Program-made: the position numbers and the translations under genes
Assembly (NCBI RefSeq): GCF_048593235.1
Contig: NC_133620.1
Span: forward strand, 37,078,852-37,142,851
Length of the DNA stretch: 64,000 nt
Origin: Sminthopsis crassicaudata
Lineage: Eukaryota
Direction of reading: 5' to 3'
Part shown: piece after piece, positions 37,701-51,056 of the stretch
Numbering within the stretch: the first letter of the stretch is position 1
How the letters are laid out: every line of letters starts with the position of its first letter
Notes under the pieces: model-generated
The model's database searches: none
What the model was told of the DNA's origin: nothing
The model's input: only the letters and a program-made list of their open reading frames with translations

Positions 37701-39974
37701 AAAAGATTTTTTTAATAGCATTATTCTTCCACTCAGGACCTCACCATAACTCCAGATTCAAGCATATGCTTTTGGAGTGAAACAGTCAACATTAGAATCA
37801 ACATGACAATCCCTTTCTCAAGGAGCTTCCATGTTTCCCTATTGTTTCTCGACTAAAACCCCAAACTAACAAATTTAAAATCATTCAGTCTGGCTCCAAT
37901 TTATCTTTCCAGGATGAATATGCATTATCCCCAGGGTCTATTTAATGTTCCCACACATGACATCCAATCTCCTAATGCAGGCTTTTCACAGGCATCTGCC
38001 CCATGCTTTGAAGACTTTCCCTCCTTGCCTCTACTTATTAGAATCCTTAAGTATCTATAACTCAGCTCCAATGTTTTCTCCTATAAGAAATCTCTCCTAA
38101 GTCTCCCCATCCTTCCCATAGGGAAAATGACATCTGCCATTATCTGTCCCTGACACATCGGCCCCAACAAGGCCATGCTATATTTCCCTAAGATCCCACC
38201 TCATGCAGGCTAGGTTTGTTTTTATTGTGTTTTTTCCTAATAGGGTATGGAAATTGTCCTTGAGATTGGATTGGGTCAAGAAACGAGATTCAGACTGTTG
38301 ACATGGCTCCCTGGTCACCTAAGGGCATAAAAGAGGCCTGCCCATGTGAAATCACTGGGGCTCAGCGGACTTGGCAATTGCCCCAAGGCCATATGAGTCA
38401 TTGGGCTGACCAGGCCTGGAGATGAGAGGAACTCTCCAAGTACTGCATCCTTGTGGAGAATCCTTCCTATACTAAGAAAACCTCCTTTTGTTATTTGTTA
38501 GATATTCTGTAAGTGTCTTTTCATTCCAATTCTGAAACTTAAGAGTCATTCTGACCTGACTCAGGCCTGATCCATAAATCTCATCCTCCCAGCCTACATC
38601 CCCCTGGGCCAAATTATTTCTTAATTCATTCTGTACTTATACAACTTTGTACATGTCATATTCCCCACCCTCACCCTAGCAGAATATTTGCTTCTTGAGG
38701 GACAGGACTGCTCCATTTTTAAAATTTGTATCCTGGAAATGTCTTGTACATTATACAATATGCTTAATAAATGTTTATTAAATCAATGGGCAAGAAAAGA
38801 TACAAGTAGAGGGAAGAGATTAGGTTGGAGAACTTCTTTCTCTAAACACGATACCTCTAGACATCCCTTAAACTCAAATACTGATCTCAAGAGTCAGTTG
38901 GTACCTGTACATTTATGCATGTACTGACTGCAAAGCACTGCTCTTCTATTGAATTATCCCCTCTCTAAATCTCCATGAAACTAATTTGGTTCTCTTCCTA
39001 TCTTTAGTTGCTCCTTTTTTTCCTATTCTTTTTCTGTCTCTTCCTACTATAAACCATCTTCCACAGGATTGCCAAAGAGATATTCCTAAAGCATAGGTTT
39101 TACCATGTCACTCTACCGTGCAAGAAGTGGATCCCCATCACTTCTGTTTGACATCTAAGGTCTTGACAATCTAGATCTAAACTGTTTTTCCATGCATTGT
39201 GGTCCCATCAAACTTATCACCATGTGGTTCCTCATAAATTAATCCATTTCCTTTCACTGGGCTTCTATATAAACTATCCAATAGCTAGAAAACTCTCTCT
39301 CTTCTCTTGGACCTCTTAGAATCCCTGCTTTCTTGCAGCTACTGTCTCCTATATAAGGCCTTTCCTTTCCGCCAGCTACTAATGTTTCCATATAAAAATT
39401 ACTTTGTATTTATTTAAATAGCTTGTATACACTCATATAGTCAAAGATTGTTTCCCCAATAATGTTACCTTCTTGAAGGTAGGGACTGTTTGGTTGTTGT
39501 TGGGGTGTTTTTTGTCTTTTTATCCCCATTTCCTAGCACAGTACCTGCCACATGGTAGGCATTTAATTAATAATTTGGTTTGACTTATTGATTGACTCCT
39601 ACCTACTGATTATTACGTTCACTGAGTTTGAAGATTGTTTTTTTATCTTTGTATTTCAATCATCAGTGACTAACCCAGTAACCTGCATGTAAAACATATT
39701 TAATAAAGGCTTGTTGATTGATTAATATCTCCTAACTGGGTTCTCTGCTCAAATCCAAAAATTGAAGTCATCATCTTGTGGCACCTCTGTCTTACGGTCT
39801 TACAGGATTGTAGATTCAGAGATAATTGAAACCAGCCCCCTTTTAGATACCACATTCTCCCCATCCCCTTGTCTTCAGACCTCAAGGTCAGATTTGTTCC
39901 TCTCATTTCACTCACACTCAGTTTCCAGTTGGGCACAAAGTCCAGTTAGTCAGTCAGCAAGAACTTATTGTTGT

Positions 39975-40230
39975 GGCTGAATTATTTCAATAGTGTCCAA
40001 TTCTCCATGACTTCATTGGAGTTTCTTTGGCAAAGATATTAGTTTGTCATTTCCTCCTCCAGCACATTTTACAGAAGAGGAAACTGAGGCAAACAGGACC
40101 TTTAAAACCAATGCTTTTTCCACTTCACTTCATTTAAGTAGGCACTTTCCCAGCTTGAATCTAAGACTGGATTTTAACTCAGGTTCCTCCTGACTCCAAG
40201 GCCAGCACTCTACTACATCACCTCACTGCT
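39975..40230 (-). mobile_element. MAR1-like SINE carrying a 50-bp non-SINE insert
   Basis: SINE motifs on both sides of 40098-40147. Confidence 0.75.
40098..40147 (+). repeat. Exact 50-bp direct duplicate of 40738-40787
   Basis: acctttaaaaccaatgctttttccacttcacttcatttaagtaggcactt at both positions. Confidence 0.95.
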
Positions 40231-41954
40231 CCTCCAAAGTTCCAAACAGAATATTAAGAGCTGAATAGACAAAGAAAGGCAAAATACAGCCACTGTTTGC
40301 AACTAGCTTATAATATGACCCAAAGTCCAGTCTTTTTTAATGGCACTCATAGCATCCCTTCCTTTCCAATTAGAGTGGCCCCAATCCTCGGCCCAATAGG
40401 TCCTTTTCACCTTTCATCTTGTATTAGGTTGTTGTGGGTATCTTGTAACAGGCTTTCCCTTCTTCTGGATGCTAAATCCGACATAAACCACAATTCCCTT
40501 GCATACTACTGCTGGATTTAGCTTCTGAAAGCACAGTTTTAACCATTGAAACAAGAAGTACCATTTCTGGAGCACTCTTGGGTTTACAAAGTGCTCTCTT
40601 TACAAAAATCCAGCGAGGCAGTTGATATAAGCTGGACTGGTTGGATTGTCTTCACTTTACAGATGAAAAAAAGGATCAGAGAGAATGGGTCCCAATGCTA
40701 GTGAGCACTTGAACTGGGACTTGAAGCCAACTCTCCCACCTTTAAAACCAATGCTTTTTCCACTTCACTTCATTTAAGTAGGCACTTAATAAATGCTCAT
40801 GGACTGATTGATCCCTAAAAACCAGTCCACATTTAGTATAGTCTCAAGGCACCTCACTGACCTGGCCCCTTTATTCTAAACACCCTCCAACTAGATGTCT
40901 GGGAATTTTCACAGAAAGATGAAACTGATGGTGATGAGCTATGAGAAGGTTTAGTCTTGTAACTATCCTGCTCAAAAAACTTCAATACCTTTGCATTGTC
41001 CCAAATTCCTTAGTTCAACTCCCTTGACAGTTCAGTTTCATCTTTCCAGTCTCACTATTCCCTAACCCAAAGCTCCAGACAAACTAGACTACTTAACTAT
41101 ATCCCACACACCAGTTAAACCTCTTTAATATATCTGCTCTTTCATGTAGGACCAGGTCCTCTGCCTAGAAGAACTCCCTCTTGCCTCTCTATTTATTTAA
41201 ACCTTCTCCTTCTTTCAAGGCCCATCTCAAAGTCCCATTCCTTTTTATTTTCTACAGCTCAATCCCTATAACATGCTGACTAATAGAAATAAGATGCTCT
41301 TAAAAACAGCAAGAAAGGAAAGGAAAGCCCAGAGATTCTAGCAGGATATTGAGTTGGCCTTTATACTTTTACGTAAGATTTCCTTATTTTTCTTATTTGT
41401 TTTTTTATTGCTGTTAGTTATTTTACAATTATTAAATTAAAATAAAAATTACTATAAAATAAACACAAAAAGAAAGAAAGAAAACAATTATTAAAAAAAA
41501 AAAAAAGAACACTAGCTTTGGAATTGGAAGATCTGAGTTTGGACTCCTAGAATTTATTTGCTCCATGTCTTTGGGACTGTTTTCTTCTCTGTGAAGTAAG
41601 GAGGTGATCCTACATAGTCCCTGAGGACCCTGGGTGTGGAAATAATCCTGGACTTAGAGGTGAGTTTAGCTCTGACCATTACAATCTGGGCAGTCTTTAA
41701 GTTTTTACCCATTCTAAAGTTGCTCCCTTGTCTAAAATGTGAGTGATCATACTCACAGCCCTTACCATGCAGACTTGGATAAGGAAAGTGCTTTACAAAG
41801 ATGAGCTTTTCTTATTCTCATCATTCAAAAATAAGGTTTTCCTCTTCTGACTTCTGCTAGCATATAACCACACTACATTTTCGGATAGTGTTTTGTCCTT
41901 TACTTCTTCATATGATGAACTTTCCTGCATGGTCCCAACTCTAAAATCTACTGT

Positions 41955-42160
41955 CATTGTTGTTCAGTCATTTCTGACTCTTCATGATCCCATTTGAGAT
42001 TTTCTTTCTGCATCTCATTTTACAGATAAGGAAACTGAGGCAAACAAGATTAAGTGACTTTCCCAAAATCTCACAGTTAGTATCTGAAACTAGTTTTGAA
42101 CTCAGCTCTTCTTGACTCCAGGCCCAATATCCGAGCCACTGCACCTCCTGGCTGCCCATT
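41955..42160 (-). mobile_element. MAR1-like SINE
   Basis: ttgttgttcagtcatttctgactcttcatgatcccatttg…ggaaactgaggcaaac…actgcacctcctggctgccc. Confidence 0.8.
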
Positions 42161-45100
42161 CTAAAATGCTGTATGTTCTGATCATCTCCCCAAGTACAAC
42201 TGCAAGCTTTGTGAGGGTAAGGATCATTTCTTAAACAAGTCTGTGCCTCCCACTTTTACCTAATATCATCCTACAATTATACTTCAGAATACTTAATAAA
42301 TATCCTTTGAATTGATCATCATAGAAGCATAGATTTAGAGCCAGAAAAGGCATGTAGTCCAAAGCCCCCTCATTTTGCAGATAAGAAAACTGAGACCCAG
42401 AGATTTAGGGTGACTTACCTAAGATCTCTTAGGCGGTAAATATCAGAGCTAACATGTAAATCCAGGCTTTCTCATTCCAGAGCCCACATTTTTTCCATTG
42501 TACTACACTTACTGTCATGGGACCATTGATTTGAGAGATTAACTAAGAAAATAATGAAAGAAAGGGATAAGACTTTTTATAAATCACTACTTTCCAACAC
42601 TACAGATGCTTTCTCCCAGATGGTATAGCATCATGGAGAAACCATACAAAAGTTAGCAAGTTAAGGGTGATTAGAGTACAATGACTCTTTTTTCAGATAT
42701 TTAGCCAGTGGGGGTAATGCAACTTTAATTAGTGCAACAGGACAATAGGGATCAAATTGGCTCCATCACAAGATTTTTGTGGGATGACNNNNNNNNNNNN
42801 NNNNNNNNNNNNNNNNNNNNNNNNNNNNNNNNNNNNNNNNNNNNNNNNNNNNNNNNNNNNNNNNNNNNNNNNNNNNNNNNNNNNNNNNNNNNNNNNNNNN
42901 NNNNNNNNNNNNNNNNNNNNNNNNNNNNNNNNNNNNNNNNNNNNTATTCAGAGGTTTTTATTCTGCTCAGTTCGTAATTAGTGCTGTTGAATTTTTAACA
43001 CTGCTTTGTCCAGTCATTCAATAATTCTGAATCTCTTGGTGGACTCCAGTGTCTACTGGGGGAAGAGGGTAGGTTGATTATCAAAAAGAAATAGAATGCG
43101 AGTAAATTACTTTAGAAGATTGAAATAATTCCTCAAAATGGTACTCCATGGTGAAAAGAGAGGGAGGGGCAACTTTTAATGGCTTACATACAGAAGAAAA
43201 TAACTATCCGAGGCAAACATATGGGGGATGAATGATGGGACTGTCTTTACCTCCAGAATTTCTGGTGGTTTTTCTCATTTTAATGCTATCCTCCAAACAG
43301 CCCACTCACACAGAGCAATGAGTGCCTGCTATTTCACCCCTCCTCCAACAGCCCAAATTGGACGGGCTTCCCGCCACAGAGTCGAGAAAAAGCTCAAAAG
43401 ATATTTTTTGGTTTGTTTCCTATGGCTGATTTCACTCTACGAGGTTTGGTTTTCCTGTTCTCATTTCGTTATAATAACAAGCTGATTGCTATAGAATAAA
43501 CTAATGCATTAAGCCTGGACACATGTTTCCACAGTCTGTCAAATAAACAAGAGCTCGGATTTTTAAGACGCTTGGTTTGCAAAATTAAGAGTTCCATGTT
43601 GGAATAATAATTAGCGATTAAATGGGTAAGGCCTAATTTAGGGGAGTTTGGCAACTTGGCCCAAAGTTGCATCCTGTTAAACATTACCATCACATCATTT
43701 ATTTTGTCCTAAGCTCAGCATCTCCCTCCAGTCAACATGTTGCAACTGACACCCTCAGAAAAGAGGCAGCAGGGAGAATCCCTTGGGGTGAACCACTGAT
43801 GAATATACAGGATGCCATCTTGCTTTTGCCCCTTAGATAATAGGGGCATTAGGGGCATCGATTTATAGCTAAAAAGGATCTCGGAGGTCATTGAGTCCAG
43901 TGCTCTTAATTAACTGATGAGGAAACTGAAGTGAAGAAATGCCAAATAACTTGCCCAGAGCAACCAGTATAGGAGGTGGAATCTGAATTCAGGTCTTCCT
44001 AAGTGCAAGACTATCTACTAAAGCAACCAGCCTGAAAGAAACTGGGGACAACGAGTTTGGAAAATTTTAGTAAAGTGTTAAAAGGATAGCTGGACTTGAT
44101 TAAAGTGTAGTTGTAGCAAGGTGAGTGAAAGATTTCTCTAATCTGATTGGTGAGTAAAAAGATGTGCACAGAACCTGGGTCAGATACCCTTTCCCTCCTC
44201 CTCTTCATCACTTACAATGTCCAGGCTAACTCTCTGGAGGGCCTCAGGATCTCAAGGGCCTCCAATCAAAAGTCAAATCTAGCTCAAGCCATTTCTCCCA
44301 AAGGGAGCATTGGCCTGGACTCTCCCATTTTTTGGAATCCACATCTATGTTATTTGTAACGCGGCATCTCCAAAGCTCCCGTTAGCATTGGCAGGAAGCA
44401 GCCGGGAGCTCCTCACCCCCAGAGAGCTAAGCTAACACATGTGGGCAGCTGGAATCAGGGAGGACAGCCTAGTCACTTACTAGCTATGTGGACTCGGGGC
44501 AAATTACTTCAACACAGAAGCTCAATTTTCTCATCTATAAAATGAAGGGGCTGACTAGAAGACCTCGAAGGCCATTTGTTTTGTTTGAAATTTATGATCC
44601 TCTGACCATCAGTTGGCTACCCATAGCCAAGATGGAAAAGTGTTAAGACAAAAAGAAAACATTCCTTCTTTCTCTCACCCATTTCTTTCTTCCTTCCCAC
44701 TAGCCCTTACTCCTTCTCTTCATCCATTTTCCTAGTGCTTTCTTCTTTCACATATATACTTGCTTTCACACTTAGATACAGGCACACTCATTCACCTTCA
44801 TTTTTCTCCCTCTTTCTAAAGAAAATGCCCAGCTCCGGGTAGTTTATCTGTCTAGTCCCTCTGAAGGTAACAGATATTTCTCTCCAAAGGCTAATGACTA
44901 GAACTGCCACTGAAATGAGACTGTTCCTCCCACCTCATCGCCCCTACACACTGTCAGAAGGAGAAAGAGGGTTACATAGGTTAGAAGGAGGGACAGCATT
45001 GGCAGCTAGAGATAGCCCAACAACAAGGAAACAACTTATTCTGCCTCCCTCCTTTCTGTCAGCCTTCAAAGGACTGGGGTATTTCCAGTGGCCTTGACTC

Positions 45101-46770
45101 CAGAAACAAACAAGAGAAAAGGAGAGATGAAGGCAGAGAGAGCCACTTCTGGGAAGTGGGGGCTGGGGTTAAGTCTTGGAACCTGCCCTGACCAAGTATA
45201 GAAGGGAGATGGACTTTGGGAAGGGGACTTACTGCTAATGTGATCCTTTGATCTGAGACAATAAATGAATGAGTGAATGAAGGAGTGAATGAATAAATGA
45301 AAAGTCCCCTGAACCCAGGAATAATTAGCAATCTTATTATCAAAGCTGGAAGACTAGTGGAAGGAGATAGAAGGAATAACTCTCTCCTTCTTTACCATTT
45401 TTTAAAAATTTCTAGCTTTATTTAAAATCCTAACTCCCTTAAAGGTTAACACTCTCTACTTCCCCATATTATTATCTACTCATCAATTTGGGGGCTGTAC
45501 CCCTACCCAATAGAACATAAGCCCTCTAAGGGCAGATATGGTTTACCTTCTTTGCATCTTTAGTGCAAGCATTAAAGCACCTTGTACATGAAAGGTTCTG
45601 ATTTATATCCAGTAATAATGCTTATTGGATTTGGATTGGGAGTAGCAAAGAACATTTGGAGAAAACCAGTTGAATTGGGGGGGGACACTATGAAGGCTAT
45701 GAATAATGTCATTTTCATTCCACCTGTTAGTTTCAAAGATCACAAATCACCACTCAGCACTAGCACAGTGCCTAACATATGTTAGGTACTTAATAAATGC
45801 TAATTGACCAACCCCTACTTCTAATATGTTTTTCTTTTATTTTATTTTCCTCAGACAGCTAGGTAACACAGTAGATAAAGCTACTAGACTTTTAGTCAGG
45901 AATATCTGAGTTCAAATTCAGCCTCAGATACTTACTAGCTACATCACCTTAGACAAGTCACAAACTTCTGCTTACCTCAGTTTCCTCAAATGTAAAAGGG
46001 AAATAAACACAGCACCAACCTTCTAGGGTTGGTATGAGGGCCCAATGAGATAATAGCTGTTAAATGCTTAGCAGAATGCCACTAAATAAATGGATTTTTT
46101 CCTCCCTCAATCCCTCTCTGCCCCAAAGTAATGGGGGAAATAATGGNNNNNNNNNNNNNNNNNNNNNNNNNNNNNNNNNNNNNNNNNNNNNNNNNNNNNN
46201 NNNNNNNNNNNNNNNNNNNNNNNNNNNNNNNNNNNNNNNNNNNNNNNNNNNNNNNNNNNNNNNNNNNNNNNNNNNNNNNNNNNNNNNNNNNNNNNNNNNN
46301 NNNNNNNNNNNNNNNNNNTCCCCTTTGACTGACAACCAGGCAAAGTCTGTTTGGAATGGTCTCAGTCTCAAAATTCAGCCTCAGTGAACTCATCCCACCC
46401 CCAGTTTTCTGTAATTACAGCACTAATGAGAGAGTTACGAATGTGTTATCAGCTTGGGCAAAAATCCAAACAGGCCCAGTTTGGATCCAAAGCAAGAAAA
46501 CAGAGCTCACCAAAGGTTAATAGTAGGCCATGATGAAGTGAGGAAAGCCCAGGCCAGTGCTAACCTATGGCAGAAATTGCTTGAGCTGAATTTATCTTTT
46601 GACGAGAGGCCCTTGAGACCCAATTTTGTGAAGCTTGTAATGAGAAATTGGTAGATCCTTGAAAGTCTATCCACACTCATAGAATCATAGATTTAAAGCT
46701 GGAAGGAACTTCCAGAGTACTTTTAGTCCAACCCTTTTATTTTACAAATAAGGAAATTGAAGCTGAGAGA

Positions 46771-46996
46771 AGGGATGTGCTGGAGCCAGCTCATCCAAGT
46801 TGGAAAGCCGAATGTTAAATTTTCAGAGGGAGCCTTTATACCCGGAAACTTACTACAGATGAGACCTTGATTTATTGTTTAGCTAATTATCTTAAGAAAA
46901 TGATGGAGAAAATGTTATTAATTCAAATTATATTTTAAAATTGTGCTGAAAAAATTATTTTTGAGCCAGTTGTTCAACTTGACCAGCTCATCCCAG
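46771..46996. mobile_element. hAT-Tip100 (Arthur1-like) non-autonomous DNA transposon
   Basis: The 5' end agggatgtgctggagccagctc…gccgaatgttaaattttcag resembles the recalled Arthur1 start. Imperfect TIR ccagctcatccca at 46983-46995. Confidence 0.6.
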
Positions 46997-47489
46997 CTGA
47001 AAGGCCTTGTTCAAGGTAACAGAGTAAAGAATAAAGCTAAGATTCAAAGCTAATTCTCTTTACCTCCAAATCCAGGATTTTCTCCAAAGATCTGAGGCTC
47101 CTTGTATTACATAAGATATCCAGAATGTTCAAGCTATAAGGAACGATTTAAGCTATAATGATCCTCTTGTTGAAGATCTTTTTAACCGTGAAAACACAAT
47201 ATCTAGAGAACTAATTTTGTCAAGATCAAACATGTCAGAATGGGTCCAGTGGATCTTGCACCCACAATTCCTGACTCCTTCATTCTTTTCAGTGTCCCAG
47301 GCTGCCTCTCTATGGAGCTTCATGATACAGAACAAGTGCCTCCCATATGGATTTCATCCTCTGGAAGACCTCAGTTTCTCATCTGGAGAAGTTTCTCCAA
47401 GTTAAGGTTCAATGCCATTTACTGAGCCATTGAGCAAGGGTAAAACAGACACAAAGCATGAAGTCCTAGAATATTTCTCCATAGAGAAG

Positions 47490-47885
47490 TAGAGGAAGGC
47501 TTTTGTTTGAAAGCAGATTTACTCAGGCCAGTTCCAATGGTCTTGTGATGGAAATCTTGTGATGCACCCAGAAAGAGGACTATGGGGACTGAGTGTGGAC
47601 CACAACATAGCATTTTCGCCCTTTTTATTGTTGTTTGCTTGCATTTTGTTTTCGTTCTCATTTCCTTTCCTTTTTGATCTGATTTTTCCACAATGATAAT
47701 TGTGAAAATATGTATAGAAGAATTGTGTGTTTAATATCTATTGGATTACTTGCCATCTAGGGGAGAGGTGGAAGGAAAGAAGGGAGGAAAACAATTTGGA
47801 ACACAAGCTTTTGCAAGGATGAATGTTGAAAACTATCTTTGCATATGTTTTGAAAATAAAAAAGCTTTTTAAAAAAATAAGAAAG
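47490..47885 (+). mobile_element. L1 3'UTR fragment
   Basis: ggccagttccaatggtcttgtgatg…cacccagaaagaggactatgggg…ttgccatctagggg…aatgttgaaaactatc, followed by an A-rich tail. Confidence 0.8.
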
Positions 47886-48559
47886 CAGATTCAAATTAAA
47901 GAACTTATGTCCAGAATCTGGTGGGAAGGAGAAGTCTACTCTCAGCTGCTTGACATCTGCTGGGTGATGAAGGGGGAAGGAGGGTTACTGAATAAAAGCT
48001 TTGCTTCCCCATTATCAAAATTCTCTAGAGAACTAAAAACTACATCTTCTGGTTTATTCTCTTTATTTTTGGATCTAGAGATATGATTCATCATTGTGGG
48101 TGTGGAAACTCCCTCCACTATTGCAGATGGGTGACTGACTTGAAATTTATTGTCTGTGAGAATAGCCTGGGGCATTGAGAAATTAAATAACTTGACCCAG
48201 GTCACCCAACTAATAGATGTCCAGAGGCAGGACCTGAATCCAGCCCTCCCTGACTCCCAGACTAATTCTTGCCCTGCTAAAACATACTGTTTCTCCCCAT
48301 TTATTATATAGAAGACTTTGGGAGAGGGAAGTCAGACTTATTTTATTTGGTACTGGGAATTAGCTCTACCAATGGAGTTTAATACTTGCTCTAAAGTGAA
48401 CAAATTTATTTTTTTAAGTTAACAGATTTAAAGAATTACTGGAAGCATTTTACAGTTAACTAACTTGTCCAGAGTGATTCAGTCAATATGTATTAGAGCC
48501 ATCTTTAAACTTGAACACAGGCTTTCCTGACTCTAAAGCTGTCTCTTTCTCCACTATAT

Positions 48560-48775
48560 CCCACTGCCTCTCACATTTTTGCTTTTGGGTCATTTCCAAC
48601 TCTTTGGGACCCCATCTGGGACTTTTGAAGTGTCTGCTATATCTTTTTCCAGTTCACTTTATAGATGAGGAAACTGAGGTAAATGGGGTTAAGTGACTTG
48701 ACCAGGGTCACACAGCTAGGAAGTATCTGAAGTCAGATTTGAATTCAGGAAGAGACTCATCTATTGAGCCATCAA
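48560..48775 (-). mobile_element. MAR1-like SINE
   Basis: gaccccatctggg…atagatgaggaaactgaggtaaatggggttaagtgacttgaccagggtcacacagc. Confidence 0.75.
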
Positions 48776-50169
48776 GGTACATTGCAAGTAAGATTATATC
48801 AGATTACATGCTCTATTCAAATGGGGCAGAAAGATGGGGTCAGGATATGTGATCCTTTGCAAGTTTCTTTATTCCCTGGTGAACCAAGAAGTTCCCGAGG
48901 ACTGCAAGGTGTACATGATCAATAATCTGCATTAATAAAATGGGTTTTTAACAAAGAAGTTCAATACCCCAGTTATATCATAGCTTTTGACCTCTCTCCT
49001 CCCATCAGCAAAAATAATAATATAATAATAATTAGGTTATCCCCATGGTGTGTTCTTATATCATAATATTTTAGAGCTCCATGGAAACAGCAGTGGCATT
49101 TGATTCAAATCCTTCCTTTGACAGAGAAGGAAACTGAGGCCCCAGAATGTCAAACATTCAATCTGAAAAAGAGACAAGACCCCAAATTGGCATTCCTGAT
49201 AACCAGTCAGCCTGGTGAGATGAGTGACTTCAGATTCAGGAGATGTGAGTTTGGATCCCAACTCTGACACTTGCTGACTTTGTGAATGTGGCAAAGGGGC
49301 TACTCTGCTCAAAGCCTCAATTTTCTCATCTGTATAAAAATGGGCATGATAACACTGGCACAAGCTACCTCACAGAAGAGAATTCTGACTGATGCTAATT
49401 TTTCCTCCCCAACAGTTAGCACACATGCTCTATTTGACCTTTGAAGTTATTCTGACTTGTAAAGTTAAATTCCAGGAAAATAAACTTATCCATCCATTAA
49501 TTAATATACTGAACTAGTGACTGTTAATAATGATAGAGAATCACAGTTTTTAACAGGATGAGCAGTGCCATGGTGGAAAGGAGAGAAAGCAAATATTTCC
49601 CAGGTAAAAAAGTTTTATCCCTGAGTGTTATATGTCTGGCATGGATTCCTTGGGGGGCTTTGGCAGGTAGGGCTTAATAATGATAATAATAACTGATCTT
49701 GCTGGGCTGCTGATCCCTCACTAAGTAAAAACATGGAGCCTTTGGGAAGTGGGGAAAGAGAAGGGACGTTGCACTAGCTAGATTATTGTTATTCGGTGAT
49801 TTATTTTCTCACAAAATCCCCCTGGAGGGCTACTATTGCAAATCTCAGCATCCCTGACATTCTCCCCATTTTATAGATGATGAAACTGAGGTCCTAAGAG
49901 ATTAAACATGTTCTCTGTGTCCCACTGAATAATACATAGGCCAAAGTTGCACCCAGACCTTCTGCTCCCAATGGCTTTGTTCTATGTAAGATGTCCCCAA
50001 CTCTGTCTCAGCTAGCTAAGAAGGATCACAGATTAGAGCAGGAAGACCTCCTAGACTAAGCCCCCTTCCCTTTACAGGTGAGGAAAAAAGGAGCCCAGAT
50101 AACATACAGTGGCTTGGTCAAGGTCTCTTCTGTCATAAGTAATGAAGGCAAACTTCAGGCTCTGGTCTT

Positions 50170-50375
50170 AGCAGTCCAAGGCTACCTTTTGTCATTATTC
50201 TGTCATTTCCATCATATCCAACTCTTTGTGCCCCCATCTGGGGTTTTCCTGGCAGTGATACTGGAGTGGTTTGCCATTTCCTTCTCCAGTTCCTTTGACA
50301 GATGAAGAAACTGAGGCAGAGTTAAATGACTTGCATGGAATCACCCAGCTAGTGTCTGAGGGCAGATCTGAATTC
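50170..50375 (-). mobile_element. MAR1-like SINE
   Basis: ggggttttcctggcagtgatactggagtggtttgccatttccttctccag…gaaactgaggcagagttaaatgacttg. Confidence 0.8.
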
Positions 50376-50445
50376 AACCTATATATAATTTATAGGCACT
50401 GAGAATCCTAGGTCCACTGAGAGAATAAGTTTAATGAAATAGTAT

Positions 50446-50590
50446 CTTTTTTTCCTAAGACAATTGGGGTTGAGTGACTTGCCCAGGGTCACACAGCCAG
50501 GAAAGTGTTAAGTGTCTGAGGTCACATTTGAACTCTGGTCCTCCTGACTTCAGGGCTGATGTTCTCTCCACTGCACCACCTAGCTGCCCT
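50446..50590 (-). mobile_element. WSINE1-like SINE
   Basis: gtgacttgcccagggtcacacagccaggaaagtgttaagtgtctgagg…ccactgcaccacctagctgccc. Confidence 0.85.
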
Positions 50591-51046
50591 CTTTGACAGT
50601 ATCTTAAAAGCTGAAAAGATGTCATCTAGTTTGACCTTCTCATTCTACCAATGAGGAAACTGAGTCTCAGACACATAAATGACTTATCAATAGTCACCTG
50701 ATTCAGGGATTCCAACCCAGGTCTCTTGCCTCCAAATCCCCCATTCTTTTTGCTACTCCTCTTTTATCTTCAGAACCCAGGACCCAGCAGTGTGTCTGGC
50801 AAACAGTAGGAGCTTAATAAACAGATGTAAATGATTGGCTGGTTCACATGGCTAGAAGCTGTCAGAGGCAAGATTTGACACCCTACGGCCTCCAACTACA
50901 AGTCTATCCGCTAGTCTATACTGTCTCTCCTTTTCCAATTAATTGAATGTTTGTTTTGGATGGGATATGAGAGACAAGCCACATCTAGAGCGGTGTCTCT
51001 GAGGTCTCTTTTCTTTGAAGGCCTCCTCCCTCCATTAAGGCGGAGG

Positions 51047-51056
51047 CCATATTTGG
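51047..51056. promoter_or_regulatory. Perfect CArG box (SRF-type motif) in repeat-free sequence
   Basis: CCATATTTGG fits CC(A/T)6GG, within aggCCATATTTGGcct. Function not shown. Confidence 0.3.

Noticed and set aside
45347-45359. 13-nt match to the miR-7 5' end (tggaagactagtg)
   Set aside because: The match stops at 13 nt, there is no miR-7 3' half or hairpin, and it is expected by chance.
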